Assembly (NCBI RefSeq): GCF_009914755.1
Contig: NC_060933.1
Source: the human T2T-CHM13v2.0 reference genome, Homo sapiens
Length of the DNA stretch: 64,000 nucleotides
Reading direction: 5' to 3' (one strand)
In this document: positions 38,591-54,950 of the stretch, one piece after another
How the letters are laid out: every line of letters begins with the position of its first letter
Numbering within the stretch: position 1 is the stretch's first letter
The notes under the pieces: generated by a model
Seen by the model: only the letters and a program-made list of their open reading frames with translations
The model's database searches: none
Told to the model about the DNA's origin: nothing
Translations under genes and position numbers: made by a program

Positions 38591-39901
38591 GAGAGGTAAA
38601 AAGGTAGTGAGTTATCCCCTATGCTCTTCATTTCCTTTGCCCTTCTCCTTACTAGAGCCCACTCAGCTAGTTGGGGCAGACTGAGGCTCATATGACTCTA
38701 AGTTCTTAATAGCTCATCTACAGACCTGTGCTGAACAGGGAGGATCCTAGAGGACATGCGGCCATGGAGGGTCTGAGAGATGGTTTGGGGGTCGGGATGT
38801 ATATACAACAGTCCCATAGAGTCATTCCCCAAATAAAGCAGAGAAGGACAATTTGAGGTCTTGAGATAAATAAGCAAGAATGGCTAGATGGGAAAGCTTG
38901 GAGGCTTCTGAAGATTCATAGAGAGGGAGCAGGAGCAGGCAGGGCAGGCCCATTAAAGGAATAATAAAAATTAGCCCTTTCGTGCACACAGCCCTGGGTC
39001 CCAGGTCACAAAGGATCTTCACAGATGTGAATACCTATTTTATTTAGGGATTCAAAGGTTCCATGTATGAGGCAACATAGCATGTGGGAAAGGAGCTTGG
39101 GGACATGAAGAAGGATAGAGCTCTCGAGCAGGTGGGAATACACTAAGGGTGGTCCCAAGAAGGGCTGTTCATGCCAAGAAGTGGATTGACAGGCTCTGGA
39201 ATGAAGTGAATCCAGGAAGAAGCCAAAGCAGCATCAATCATTTCCTGCCATGCTTGTGATGCCCATCGAACATGATCACTCCCTTGAGGGGGCTCCAATG
39301 TCTCATTTGGGAGTGACTCTACCCCAGTTTGTTACTTTGGCTATCATTAGCCAGGAAGGGGAGGTTCCTTATGAATCCATTGGACTGCTGATTCCTGAAG
39401 ACCCAGAGTGATCCATGAAGGACTCAAGGACAATCCTCTCCCTATTCCTTACCCCCACTACTAGGACCAAATTCAGGTTTAACTTGCCTTCCCTGGTCAC
39501 CTACTAGGCACTATGCTAAATGCAATTCTAATTTTGGAGACAAAGAAACTCGTTCAGGGAGAAACTTGCTCGATGTCACAGATATCCATAAGTGGCAGAG
39601 CCAGGATCCAAACTTGGACCTCTTATTCCAAGTGCATTGCTCTTTTCACTACATCATGCTGCCTTCTAGAAAAATCAGCTAACTCTGTGCTTCTAGACTC
39701 TACACAGTATTCAATAACTCTGATGACTTTGAATTCAGGAAATGTCTATCAATTGGACCAGGATCTGCTTTTTAAGCTTATCTTTATTTCTAGTACTTCC
39801 TGAGAAAGAGTAAAGTATTCTGAAATATAGAAGATGGATAGGTAGAAAAATGCATATGTAAATACACAGATGATGGTTGGATAGATGGGCAGACAGACTT
39901 T

Positions 39902-40072
39902 TTTAAAATTTTTATGGATACATAGTAGGTATATATGTATTTATGGGGTACATGAAGTGTTTTGATACAGGCATGCCATGTATGGTAATTACATCTTGGA
40001 AAATGGGGTATCTATCCCCTTGAGCATTTATCCTTTGTGTTAAAAACAATCCAATTATATCTTTTAGTTATT
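39902..40072 (-). mobile_element. Short L1MA 3' fragment
   Basis: tatttatggggtacatga...tttgatacaggcatg; TSD gacagacttt. Confidence 0.85.
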
Positions 40073-41359
40073 GGACAGACTTTGAGTTTATTGGACAGAC
40101 TTTAATTGAGCTCCTCCATCAAACTTTGTGACTTTGAAAAATAGTCACTTAGGTTTTGTTTGTTTGTTTTCTATAAAATGGCCTTGTCAAAGCCCTTCTC
40201 ATGGAACTATTGTGAGAAACTACCTCTAACAGTGCCTGGTATACCCATAGACTCTTACTATTCTCCCCTTTGTGTTAAAATCATGCTTCAGAATTATGTC
40301 CAAATTCTGCAGCAAGGACCCAATTCAAATATTGTTTGAAACATCCAGAATGTCTGTTTTTGACATCAAGTTGGCCCATAGATTTGACAGCCTGGTACCC
40401 ATAGAGTCCCCACCCAAGAACATTTCCTTCAAAACAAGCTCCTGTTACAGAAACGGCCCTGGTTTTAAATATACTCCCTTCTCTCATAAAAATGCCCCAG
40501 CCAGCTAAAGTCATTCTATTTAAAATATTTAATTAATACCTTCACAGAGGTCTGGAACTTATTAAAGACTCTTGGGGACCATGTCTTAGGGGCAATGCTT
40601 TGTTCTAAGCAGCTCTATGTGTTACAGATAATATAAAGTGCTGGAATGTGCTTTCTATTAAAAGCAGGGACATTTGCCTGCCTGCTGTTGCAAACCCTTT
40701 TGTCATCATCGTGACACATTAAGGCATAATCCAAGTACAACATACACACACAAACAGTGTCAATCCATCCATTGAGTAAAAAGAGTCCCAGGAAAACCAC
40801 AAGAAAGGTCTGGTGATTAGATGAGGGGATTAAAAACTGGAGGAGCTCTTCCTCTACCTCTTCTCCCACCTGAAGAGGCCACAAAGGCACATTGCTCCCC
40901 AAGCAAACAAGAGCAAAAACACAAAGGCACACACTTTGCTCTACCTCCAGTATCTTCTTGGCTTCTCAGCCTTTGGCAGGTGAAAGAAACATTGGTTAAA
41001 AGTCCTACCTTCCAAGCAAGTAAACATGCTCTTAGTCCCCCTTTGTCTCACAGGCTGAAGACTGGCAATTGCTTCACATCCATTGTTGTCTGGGGAGTAC
41101 ATTTTTTTTTCTTATTATAAAAATGGTATAGGTTCAATCTTGAAAACCTTGGAAAAAATGTAAAAGAAAATAATTATTTTAACCATAACCCTACCACCTA
41201 GACATGACTTTGCTGCATTTCTCCCCTTCTATGTGTATACTTTCACAAAGCTGTCATTACCACACATTTACCCTTTTATTTCCAGCTTCTTTTCCCTTAA
41301 AGACATTGGGGGAAATGCTCAGGGTATCATAGTAAGAGATGAAGACTTTAAAAGAAATT

Positions 41360-42570
41360 AAAGCCTTTTTTTTTTTTCAAGCAGTTTTAGGTTTACAGCA
41401 AAATTGAGAGGAAGGTACAGAGATTTCCAATATACTCCATGCACCCCCACATGCAGAGCCTCCTCCATTATCAACATCCCCCACCAGCGTGGTACATTTG
41501 TTACAACTGTCAGCCAATGTTGACACATCATAATCACTCAAAGTCCATGGTTTACATTAGGGTTCACTCTTGGTGTTGTACATTCTGTGGGTCAGAACAA
41601 ATGTATTAATGACAGGTATCCACTATTATAGTATCATTCAGAGTACTTTCACTGCCCTAAAACCCCTCTGTACTCTGCCTATTCACCTCTCCCTCCTCGC
41701 TAAACCCTGGCAACCATTGGTCTTTTTACTGTCTTCACAGTTTTGCCTTTTCCGGAATGTCATAGAGTTGGAATCATACACTATATAGACTTTACAACTC
41801 ACTTCTTTCACTTAGTAATATGCATTTAAGTTTCCTCATGGCTTGACAGCTCATTTACTTTTAACGCTGAATAATATTCCATTGCATGGACATACCACCG
41901 TTTATTTATCTATTCACCTATGGAAAGATATCCTGTTTCCAAGTTTTTGGCAATTCTGAATAAAGCTGCTATTAACATCTGTGTGTAGGTTTTTGTACAA
42001 TTTTCAGCTCCTTTGGGTAGCTACCAAGGAGCTCAGTTGCTGGGCTGTATGGTAAGCATATTTTTAGTTTTGTAAGAAACTGGCAAACCGTCTTCCCAAA
42101 TGGCCATACTGTTATATTTTGCACCCACACCAGCAATCAATGAGAGCTCCTGTTGCTTCCCATCCTTGTCAGCATTTAGTGCTGTCAGTGTTCTGGGCTT
42201 TGGTCATTCTAATAGGTATGTAATGGTATCTCATTGTTTTGATTTGCATTTCCCTAATGACAGTGATGTGGAACTTCTTTTCATATGCTTATTTGCCATC
42301 TGTATATCTTATGTGGTGAGGTGTCTGTTGAGATCTTTGGCTTATTTTCTAATCAGGTTATTTTCATATTTTGGTGTTGAGTTTTTTTTATACTTTTCTT
42401 TTGGATAGCAGTCCTTTATCAGACTGCCTTTTGCAAATATATTCTCCCAGTCTATGGCTTGTCTTCTCATTCTCTTGACTATGTCTTTCACAGAGCAGAA
42501 GTTTTTAATTTTAATGAAGTCTGGCTTATCAATTATTTCTTTCATGGATTGTGCCTTTGGTGGTGTTGTC
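41360..42570 (-). mobile_element. L1MC1/2-like fragment
   Basis: gcagttttaggtttacagcaaaattgag...catagagttggaatcatac...ttgcctttggtg-like ORF2 end. Confidence 0.88.
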
Positions 42571-44893
42571 ATTTATTTTTAATTGCCAAGGATGATACCA
42601 CTGTGGGGCTGAACCAACATTAATATAACCAATTATTTCCCATATGATCAACATTGAGGTTGAGATTTTCACTACTGTAAACAATGCAATGACAGCATAT
42701 TGATAATTGTGCACTTTTTGGATTATTTCCTTTGGATAAATTCCTAAAAGAGAAATGGAGTCTCAATCTTGTTAGAGTATCTGATATATTTTGCTAAACT
42801 TCCATCCCCAAAAGTACCACTTTACCCTCTTACCTGCATGTGACAATATCCATCTTATCACACTTTTAAAAATATTTTTTACTAAGATACATAGATATAT
42901 CTGTATTTTTTTTCTTTAAAAAAAAGGAAAAATTCATCATAAGGCTGCTGCCCTTTTTCATGCATCACGGGAGTACAGTTACTATCCCTCTTCTTACCAT
43001 TCCATTTACATTAAAAAAGAACCCTGAGGGGAAACAGGGGCCTCCAAAGGGTACATCCCTCCTCCCACCTGAGTGAATTGGGAGGGAAAATTGAAGGTCT
43101 TTTACAAAATCCTAACATGGTTGAGAGCAAGGATTTAAACTTTGGCCCCTGTACTTCAGCCAAGATCTTGTAAGAGTTTATTTATTTTTCTCTATTTTTC
43201 CCTTTGATAATCAACAAATTTAACGTATTCATTTTAAATCCCACAAGTCTGTTCCCTTTCCCAGGAGCAGAATGAAGTAATCTAGTTCCCACGTTCTGAC
43301 AGCATAGTTTAAGGGCCACAAAAGATGATAGCCCCCAGCCCATACAGCCAGGGATACTTCCAATAACTGGAGGTTTGCTAAAACAATCAAGCAAGAGACA
43401 TTTGCACCAGAGCCTTGAAGATCGTCCAACCCTTAGCTGCCCAATTATTACCTCCTTCAAGAGTAGAAGTCTTTCCTCCACCTGACTGTAGCCATATCTT
43501 GAAATTTAATTGAACTTTGCCACCAGAAGGGTTCATTTTATTTTTAATAGAGACACAGGCAATGCTTTTCTTAAGTAGGGACAACCTAGCGGCAAAACCT
43601 CACTGTGTTCCTAGTCTTTGCATCTTATCTGAAGCTAACATGCAGACAGGGCAGGGGGCTCTCAGCTCAGTGGGTGCTGTGCATCTTATGCTTTGGAGGT
43701 TTCGATGGGGCAAGACTTGGGAAGAAAGTACCTTCAGCCTTACGGTCCCTAAGTGACAGTGACCACATAAGGTGTATCCAAGTCCACTGAGAATCTCAGC
43801 TACATTTCATGACATAGCTATAAAACAGTTCCAAGTACTAATTCGTTAGTCTTGGGTTTTATGCTGAGTGACTCTGAAATATCTGATTAAAGAGGCTAGC
43901 TTCAGTTTCCACTCTGAAAACCTGGCTTGAATTTATTGCTGCCTCACACAGGATTGCCTCAAGCTGGGTCTCTCCACTTCAGTGGCAGGCAGGTTAACTA
44001 TTTCACTGCTGGATGCTCTGTCCCTCACTGCCAACCCACCCCCAGCCCCCTTCCTAAACTCTCATCCCACAGCCCCGGGAGCGGATTCTGCAAAGGGCTT
44101 ATAAAGCACAGAGGGAAACTGACCATCTGGCCTGAGTGATCTTTTTTTGAAGGGTAAAGAAGATATTTAGAAAGAGTCCATTGTAATAAACACATTTTCA
44201 AAATTGTTTTAAAGTACTTAAAAATACAGAGATAGAGATAATTTTCTGTTTAAAAAAAGACTTTTAACAGCCAAATAATTCTCATTGGTATTTTATATAA
44301 AACACATGCGTAAGTTTGGAAAGTTTCAATCACACAGAAAGGTACAAAGTTAAAGGTATAAAAATAATGTAAAGCCTACTTTACCCATCAGAATAAACAT
44401 AAAACCCAGTATATGCTTATTCTTATAGGTAAATTACTCTTGATTTAAATATGTACATTTTGTTTGAATTATGCTGGGTCTCCAGGAACACAATCCTTAT
44501 ATAAAATGAGATAGCCCTGGACTATTTTCACTTCTCTATTTTATAGAGGAGGAAACCAAGCTAGAGAGAGAAGAAACAAGTAACTTGCCTAAAGTCTCAG
44601 GGATAATAAGCAGCAGAGCAAGGACATAGTCCTAGGTGGGATCCCAGAGACACGTATGAGCTCACCTGGGTCACGACAGTAACTGCCCAGCAACCCTACT
44701 GCCAGTCTCGGTGTCCACCAGCCCACAATGAGTCTTATGATCATACCATGCCTCTATCCAACTACTTAAATGACTCCCCACTTCATATACCCACACTGGA
44801 GAGTGGATTGGATATGGAAAACACCATTTAGCACAAAGTTATTTAAAGACATGCATGTTAAAGAAAGCGGATTCTACCAAATAGGATAATACC

Positions 44894-45187
44894 TTTTTTT
44901 TTTTTTTTTTGAGATGGAGTCTTGCTCTGTCACCACGCTGGAGTGCAGTGGCACAATCTCGTCTCCCTGCATCTCTGCCTCGCAGGTTCAAGTGATTCTC
45001 CTGCCTCAGCCTCCTGAGTAGCTGGGATTACAGGTGTGTGCTACAACACCTGGCTAATTTTTGTATTTTTAGTAGAGATGAGGTTTCACCATGTTGGTCA
45101 GGATGGTCTCGATCTCCTGACCTCATGATCGCCCCCCTCGGCCTCCCAAAGTGCTGGGATTACAGGCATGAGCCACCGCGCCCAGCC
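44894..45187 (-). mobile_element. AluS
   Basis: Poly-T, dimer; TSD gataatacc. Confidence 0.96.
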
Positions 45188-45551
45188 GATAATACCATTT
45201 TAATAGTTACCAAGGAGTCAGTGTAGATGACTACCTATCTGTTAAAGGCTTTATAATAGCAATTAACATCTTTAAAAGATGTAGGTCAGGAGGTAGCAAT
45301 AACAGCTGTCGTTTTTGTCTTAAACTCTTCAAAATGGGAGGGGAAGGGAGACTGATCTCTAAGTAAATAAAAATAGTTATCCATATTCAGTATCTAGAGT
45401 CTAGCAGAGACTATGCTAAGTATTTCACATACGTCAGCATATTTGAGCATATAACTCTGCGAAGTCAATAGCATTATCCCAGTATATAGATGAGGACATT
45501 GAGGCTCCAAGATGTCAAGCAATTAACCAAGACCACCCAATGGCAAGCGGC

Positions 45552-45931
45552 TGAATTGGTTTGCCAGGGTTGCCTTAACAAAGTACCATAGACTGGGCAG
45601 CTTCAACAACAGAAATGTATTTCTCACAGTCCCAGAGGCTGGAAGTCTGGGGTCAAGTTGTGGGCAGGGTTGGTTTCTTCAGAGGCCTCTCTCCTTGACT
45701 TATAGATGGCCATCTTCTCCCTCTGCCTTCACGTGGTCTTTTCTCTGTGTGTCTGTGTCCTTTTTTTAAGGATACCTGTCATTCTGGATTAGAGCCTACT
45801 CCAATGACTTCGGTTTAAATAACTAACCTCTTTAAAGACCCTATCTCCAAACACAGTCACATTATTCTGAGGTACTAGGGGTTAAGACTTCAATGTATGA
45901 ATTGGATAGGGACACAACTCAGCCCACAGCA
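45552..45931 (-). mobile_element. MLT1A0-like LTR inside a MIR
   Basis: gccttaacaaagtaccatagactggg...gggacacaactcagcccacagca. Confidence 0.85.
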
Positions 45932-46434
45932 CTGGGTGAGCCAGGATTCTGACACAACTCTGTGATGTTGGAAGCTACCCCATGTTGTGTTGGAATTCAG
46001 AATGATTCTTTAACTCCTTTGGCCTGTTGCAATGAGATTTAGAAAATAACCACGAAATTGGCAACTTCTGTTTACAATCACTATAGTTCTTTTAACAATA
46101 GTGAACAACAACAACAACAACAAAAAATGCAAGGCAAGGCCCAAAGCAAAGCAATTGATTTGTCTCTACCACAGGCAAATGTAAGATGCTGAGCCTTTAT
46201 ATAGCTGTCTTGCTTAATTTTTTCCCAAAAGGTTCCACAAATAGAGAAAGACCCAAAGGCTTCTGCAAACCTGTGGCTGAGATTTAGCTGCACATTCTTG
46301 CCTGGGGCTACTATCCACCTCCATCTCCTGCCTGAGGACCCTCTGGCGGGATTACCAGCCCAGAGCCAGGGAGGTGGCACATCCACTAATTGGGCAGGGC
46401 CGTGTTGGGTGTCTTTGTGTCATCCCATGAATAA

Positions 46435-46758
<324 letters not shown>

Positions 46759-46763
46759 ATCTT

Positions 46764-47229
46764 AATGTTATTTTCTTAGACTGACTCATCTTCATATCAC
46801 CCTCACAACTTCTACCATATCTGCATTCACCCTGTAATTTTACCTACTATGTTTTAAATCATCTTATGTTTTGTTTACATCGATCTTTAAAGGGAAGGTT
46901 TATATAATTATCTTAAATGGAAAATCTATATCATTTGTCACAGATAGAAAGTAACCATAAAAAGGTACACACAAAAAAACAATTATTATTAAATTCTAGC
47001 TAGTTACAGCTGTTTGCCACCTCTTTCTCTGCTTTTAAAAAAGGGGATTGGGACATGTAAATGAAGTGTTTGAGATATAGTAGTCCTGAAGTGAGACTTT
47101 CTTATAAATTAATCAGAAGCTGAAACAAACTTGAAGAGAGAATAACTTCTTCACTCTGTGATTAGTATTCCCTAATGCTGCGACTTTGTCCTCCTGAAAA
47201 CCAATTCCACCCACATTTGGGAAAGGCTG
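46764..47229 (+). mobile_element. hAT-Charlie MITE (MER113-like)
   Basis: caccctcacaacttctaccatatc start; ccacatttgggaaaggctg TIR-like end. Confidence 0.5.
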
Positions 47230-47741
47230 CTTTCTACTTTTCAAAGCACTTTAACAACAACCCTCTAATATAACCAGAGCAGACATTTTACACTTGTCCT
47301 CTAAATGAGAAAATTCCAGCAAATTGTAGGCATTGTGAGAAACTCCTAAACTCCAAGCAAGCTTCTCATTTGGCGTTTAGAGTTAGACAACTATACTTGG
47401 GGTCCAGGAATGAGGGGTCGGCAGGAAATACTTACTGCTTAAAGAGATGACTTTCTATAGTTGGCTCGGCCCCTTTGTTGGTCTTCAGCCAAGTGCTACA
47501 CAACTGGAAACCAAATCTAGGCTCAGAGACACATGCTAGACCCAAGTTTCCGGGACTCGGTCCCTGACCAGCTTGCAGAAGGTGCTGGGATAACATCCGC
47601 TTCTCCCAGGGAAGGAGGGACCGCGGCTCTCTTTGCTCAGCTGCAGCAATTGATTTGACTACAAGATTTACCAGGTCCCTCTCATCCTGCCTTTGTTCTG
47701 CAAATAGCTGATGCAGTTCTCAAATCAAAGGAACCTCTAAG

Positions 47742-47930
47742 CCCTGGCTCTTAAAGGGTGGCCACCAGCAGTACCTGGGAGCTTGTGAGAAATGCACAAT
47801 CTCAGCACCCCACCCCACACCACGACACGCCCCCTGCCCCACAATAGATTAACTGCACCCTTGAATCCAAATCTCCAGGTTAACAGTCTCCAGGTGATTT
47901 GCAATGCACATTAAAGTTCAAGAAGCACTA
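47742..47930. mobile_element. MER5A
   Basis: acctgggagcttgtgagaaatgcacaatctcag...ccaggtgattt...ttaaagttcaagaagcact. Confidence 0.8.
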
Positions 47931-48039
47931 CTTTAAAAAAATTGTGATCAGGTGGTCATCCTGGACTGCAAGCCGTGGATCCTTCAGCTGTGTGGTCCTT
48001 ATGCTCACAGTTGGGAGCTACCACTCTAAATGTTGCAAC

Positions 48040-48600
48040 CACTTGGAACACCGTTCTAATCCAGGGTCCCCTAATTACCAGCTGTGGGAACTAGGGCAGA
48101 TCACTCAGCCCTTTGCGGCCTCTGTCAGTGCATCTGTAAAACAAGGAGAGCAAACTCCTTCTCCCAGAAGTATCTGGAGTAGCCCTTGAGAATGTCTATA
48201 GGGCACTGCATGCAGTGCCTGGCACACGGTGAGCGGCACAAGGTGCTCAGTCAACAAACATGCATTGATGATCTATAATGCCCGGACTCTGGGGCTACAG
48301 CACTGAAAAGATGGACAAGGTTGGCTGGCAAGAAATAAAGAATGAAGAATTTCAGTAGTGATAAGGATCCTGAAGAAAATAAATCATGCAAGCGAGTAAC
48401 AGGAATGGCAGTAGGTACCATTGGCAGAGTAGTCAGAGATGCTGGGTCTGAGGAAATGACATTCAAGCCAAGGCCCAAATCAGGGAAAGACGCAGCCACA
48501 TGGAGATCTGGAGGCAGAACATTCTGGACAGAGGGTACACCAGGCAGAGGTGCAAAAGCCCTGATCTGGAACAAGCTTGCCAGAGAAGAGGACGAGAAAG
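48040..48600. mobile_element. MIR followed by L2
   Basis: gttctaatccagg...agctgtgggaactagggcagatcact; then L2 antisense text. Confidence 0.65.
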
Positions 48601-48967
48601 AAAGGTCAGGATGGCTGGCATATAGGTATTATAAGACAAGGCTGCCGAGATAGGTGGCTTCATTTCTATCACATCATAACTCACCATCAGCGCTACAGTC
48701 ATCCACATCCACCATTGGCTTTAGTCAGAAAGCCATTCATATTCTCCCCACGACAGACGGCAGAGAGATTTGGAGACCAAGACTGTGCCTTTGTGTCCCA
48801 GTGTCCAGCTTCATGGATGTTTACCTGCCTGAGTTCCTACTGAGGAAGGAGGCACTTCAGACCCAACACCAAGTGCTTTGGAGAAAGAAGCAAGTCTCTC
48901 CTCTGCAGGGAAGCCACGTGCTCTGGCTAGAGGGAATTGATGTCTCCCAGCTGGGGTGGATTTTCTG

Positions 48968-49073
48968 CTGATTTTACAAATAAGCCAGACGTGGCAAATC
49001 CTATGGGAAGCCAGCCCAAAGCAGCCAGCAAGATCAGATTTGGAGTCTTCATCAAAGGGTTAGGTGGTGCTAG
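48968..49073 (+). repeat. Copy A of a 106-bp dispersed direct repeat (copy B 51060-51165)
   Basis: 99/106 identical, no gaps. Confidence 0.95.
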
Positions 49074-49559
49074 CTATGAGCCAGACCTGGTGGCTCCAAA
49101 GTTGCCCTTAAATATATCAGCCAGAATTCAAGGAAGTTGTAGGCAGAGGGAAAACAGCTGGCTTGTCTCAGAGGTTTAAACCTCGTTTGCGGTATCACAC
49201 CATGCTATGCATTCAAAATCACAGTTTACAAATAACTGAGGCTTGCTTCTCACTTGAGCCTAACAATCCTGGGAGGCAGGGTAAGTCTTACCATCCCTCT
49301 TTTGCAATGAGAATTCTAATGCTGTGAGAGGGCGTAGGTTGAGGTGGTAAAACCAAGACTTCAAAGCAGACTTTCTGGCCTTTGACCAGTGGCCTTTCCA
49401 CTGGATCAGCCATTGCCATTAGCAACGTACCCATTTTCCCCACAATCTTCTCTTCAAGTACATCTTTGTTACCACCATCCCTGCCTATTGTCTTTCCCCT
49501 CCTATGACTACCATTGCTAACTTTGGGTAAACCTCTCCTTGCTATCTACATGTCATCCA

Positions 49560-49719
49560 AAAGCATAATCCACAATAATTTCCCTGATCAAAAGTCATCT
49601 GATTAGCACCTTCACCCCTCCTGCAACTTCAATGCCCCTCTACCATGTAACCCAACAAACTCACTTCCTGGGAATTAGGATGTGGATATCTTTGGAGGGC
49701 TGTTATTCTGCCTAACACA
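49560..49719 (-). mobile_element. MLT1D-like LTR fragment
   Basis: gggaattaggatgtggatatctttggagggctgttattctgcctaacaca. Confidence 0.75.
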
Positions 49720-50586
49720 TGCAGTCTGTCTCTGAGCAGCCATTTCTTGGCAAAAACTTTACACTATGTAAGATTAACGGCATCACTTCTCAAGTCATCA
49801 CTATCATCACCACCTTCATAGTCTCCAAACACTCAGCCAGGTGTTTCTAGTTTTGGGTTACTTAACCCTTAAGAATCTTTATTTCATTTTGTAAACTCTA
49901 CATGCTCAATTCTTTTTTTTTTTTTAAACCTCCTGCATTGGAAGGAAGGACTTCACAGTCCCACCCCTTTTCCGCTCCATAATGTTAAGACTTAGAGAAA
50001 GTTAAATTCCACTTTGGGTGGAGCCCAAACATGAAAGGTTCCATTCCAGAGGAAATATTTACTGAGAACCTCTCTGCTAGAGGAAGAGAAGCCATTTCAC
50101 AGTCTTAATTAGAACAAGCCTTCTTTGACAATCAACCTAGACAATGTTTATAGCTACACAGTCTCTGTACAGTGTGTCAGTATCTCACCTCCTCCCAAAT
50201 GGGGCGAGAGGCCGTACAAATTCATTCAACTAGTTGCTTTACTAATTACATCACACATACCAGAGCTACCAAGGCTGGCTGAATCTAATTACATTAAATG
50301 CATCTACATGAAGATTTCCAATACACCCAGAAAGATGTTTTCAAGATTTCAAGCCTTGGAATAAAGGCTGTAATGAAGTCGGACCACATTATTCTGTTGG
50401 TCTGGGGTAATGTAAACACAAGGCAGGGCTCTGTGTATCTGACTCTTCCTGCTGTAAACTCTTGGAGGGGCCATATGGAACAGAGGATGCTTTCCACATT
50501 GGATGGATCCCTTCAGGTAATTCTGTGCTGAGAGTGCAAATATCTCTCAGCTGTTTGGATGCCAAGGAAAAATTCAAGACTCTCAC

Positions 50587-50640
50587 CTGCCCCCTTTCAT
50601 TTCAGAAAACTTTACTGTGCACCGGGCCTTATCAGGAACT
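50587..50640 (-). other. Candidate 54-nt exon with L2-derived acceptor
   Basis: Minus ctttgttttccctgtatcatctccCAG| ... CAG|GTGAGA. Confidence 0.3.
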
Positions 50641-51059
50641 CTGGGAGATGATACAGGGAAAACAAAGATGAATGAGACAAGCTCAGGGCAGTCCAGTGGA
50701 TGAAGAATCCCAAGCAGCCTAATTATTCGGTACTATTTTAAAAGAATGTTCTTTAGCTATTTGTTAGATATTTATTTAGTGATGGTGGGAAGTAAATGAT
50801 TTAATAATCATTGTATGCAGCAGTAAATTTACCTACTTTACCTCCATTGGTTGAAATAAAATGTTCAAACAACTTATGTTCATTTCTAGAGCTCTTGTTT
50901 TCTTCCCTGTTTTAAATTGTGGTTTGTTTTTAAATCAGACCACTTCTTGGACAGGAAACATATTAAAGAGTTTTGAGTTTAGGCAATAAAATAATTCAAT
51001 AATTGCCAATAAACAACACTCTACCAGCGTTATGTGGTTTCAGAATTGTGACTGACTAC

Positions 51060-51165
51060 CTGATTTTACAAATAAGCCAGCCATGCCAAATCCTATGGGA
51101 AGCAAGCCCAAAGCAGCCCGCACGATCAGATTTGGAGGCTTCATCAAAGGGTTAGGTGGTGCTAG
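51060..51165 (+). repeat. Copy B of the 106-bp repeat
   Basis: Aligns to 48968-49073. Confidence 0.95.
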
Positions 51166-51399
51166 GCCACCGTCCCCTGAGTGGTCTCAGGAGAGCGTGG
51201 CCATTGGTTCACTGCAAATTGCATGAGCTTGTCACAAAAACTCTCAGCAATGTTCCTTGGACCCTAGAAAGAGGTGCTTTTCATTCCAGGGTGCTATCAA
51301 CTACAGCAAAAGAAAAACTCCTTCCTGCTTTGCCCTTCATGTAAGGGATAATATCATGTAAATGAGTTCATTGGTACATATACATTATTACATACATAT

Positions 51400-52860
51400 T
51401 ATTTCATTTATTCAACAAATATTTATTATGTGCCCACTATGTACCAGGACTGTTCCAACTACTGAGCCTATTTCAAAGAACAAACTACATAATGTGCCTG
51501 TTTATGTAAAGTTTACATTTTAATGGAGTGTGGGGAAAAATAATAAACAACTAAACAAATCTATGGATTAATTTTAGATAATGATAGGTTCTAAGGAGGA
51601 AATCAAATAGGAAGATGTGATAAAGAATAAGAACGCTGGGTATTCAAGAGCTCAAGACATATGCCATTTTCTGACCATGGGAAGGGGAGCTGATTTAGAT
51701 TTTTATTTGTAATTGAGCTGAGATCTGATTGTTGAGAAAGAATGGCCCAGGCAAAGACTTGGGGGGAAAAGTAGCCCAGGCAAAGGCAACAGCAAATGGA
51801 AAGGCCCACATAAGTTTGTGGCATCGAGGAACAGACAGAAGGCTGGCAGGGCTGCAGTGGAGCACCCAGGTAAATCATAAGGGAATGAAAGGGCAGAGAA
51901 GAGAGGCAGATTTTACAGGCTATGATAAGAAGATTACATTTTCTTCTAAATGTAATGGAAAACCATTAAAAGGTTTAATAAAATGAGTGACATGATCTTA
52001 TTTGCCCTTTTAAGAGATTCTGCCAGTTAGTATGTAGAGAATAGATTATTATGAGAAAAAGAATGGGAATTGGACGACTACTTGAAACATATCACAGGAA
52101 TCTAAGCAAAAAATGAGGGTGGCTTACATGATGATTACAATTGTGCAGTGGAGGTGGTGAGAAACAGTTGGAATCCAGATATGTTTTGGAGGTGGAGGCT
52201 ACAGGACTTGCTGTGGTGTGGTGTAAGGTGTGGGAAAGAGTGGAGTCGAGAAGAACCCCAGGTCCATTAGCCAAGATGAGGAAAATGGGGGGTGGGAAGG
52301 CAGCAACAGATTTGGAAGCACAGGAAATCAAGAGTTCTGTTTTAGACATGATCCATGAGATGGTGTGGTCTGAATCTGTATATATCAAGTTGGCGGCTAG
52401 ATGTACTTGCTTAGTGGACAGGTCAAAGCAAGAGATATAAATTCGGATCACTTTCTTGTAGACAGTATTTAAAAGCCATGGGCCAAGAGAGTGTAGACAG
52501 AGATTAAGTTCACTGATATATTAGTATCCCTTTTTAGATCAATGCTTCTGGAAGCTGCTTGACTGGTCCACTTCTTATCAAGCTCTGAACACAGTGCCTG
52601 CTTTAAAGGAGCTCACAACCTAAGAAAAGACAGGCAGATGGCTAGAAAACAGTGTATTGTGTATTATATATAATGAAGGTATGGGCTGGGCATTGTGGGA
52701 AAACAGAGGAGAGGATGACTAATACCTTGAGTCATGAGGAAGACAGCATACAGAAAATGGCATTAGAAAGGGTCATGAAGGATAAGGACAGTTTTCCCAC
52801 ATAGCAGAAAGGAATTAACATGTGCAAAGGCATGGAAGCAGGCCATATTGGTGAGGTTCT
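51400..52860 (-). mobile_element. L2 fragments
   Basis: attcaacaaatatttattatgtgcccactatgtaccagg; gagtgacatgatct; gtggaggtggtgagaaa; gagttctgttttagacatg. Confidence 0.8.
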
Positions 52861-52884
52861 GTGAAACAAAATATATATATATCG

Positions 52885-54950
<2,066 letters not shown>

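Noticed and set aside
48968-49073. C/D-box-like words and a miR-29-like tagcacca on the minus strand of the repeat
   Set aside because: Box spacing is wrong, no terminal stem or pre-miRNA hairpin; only short word matches.
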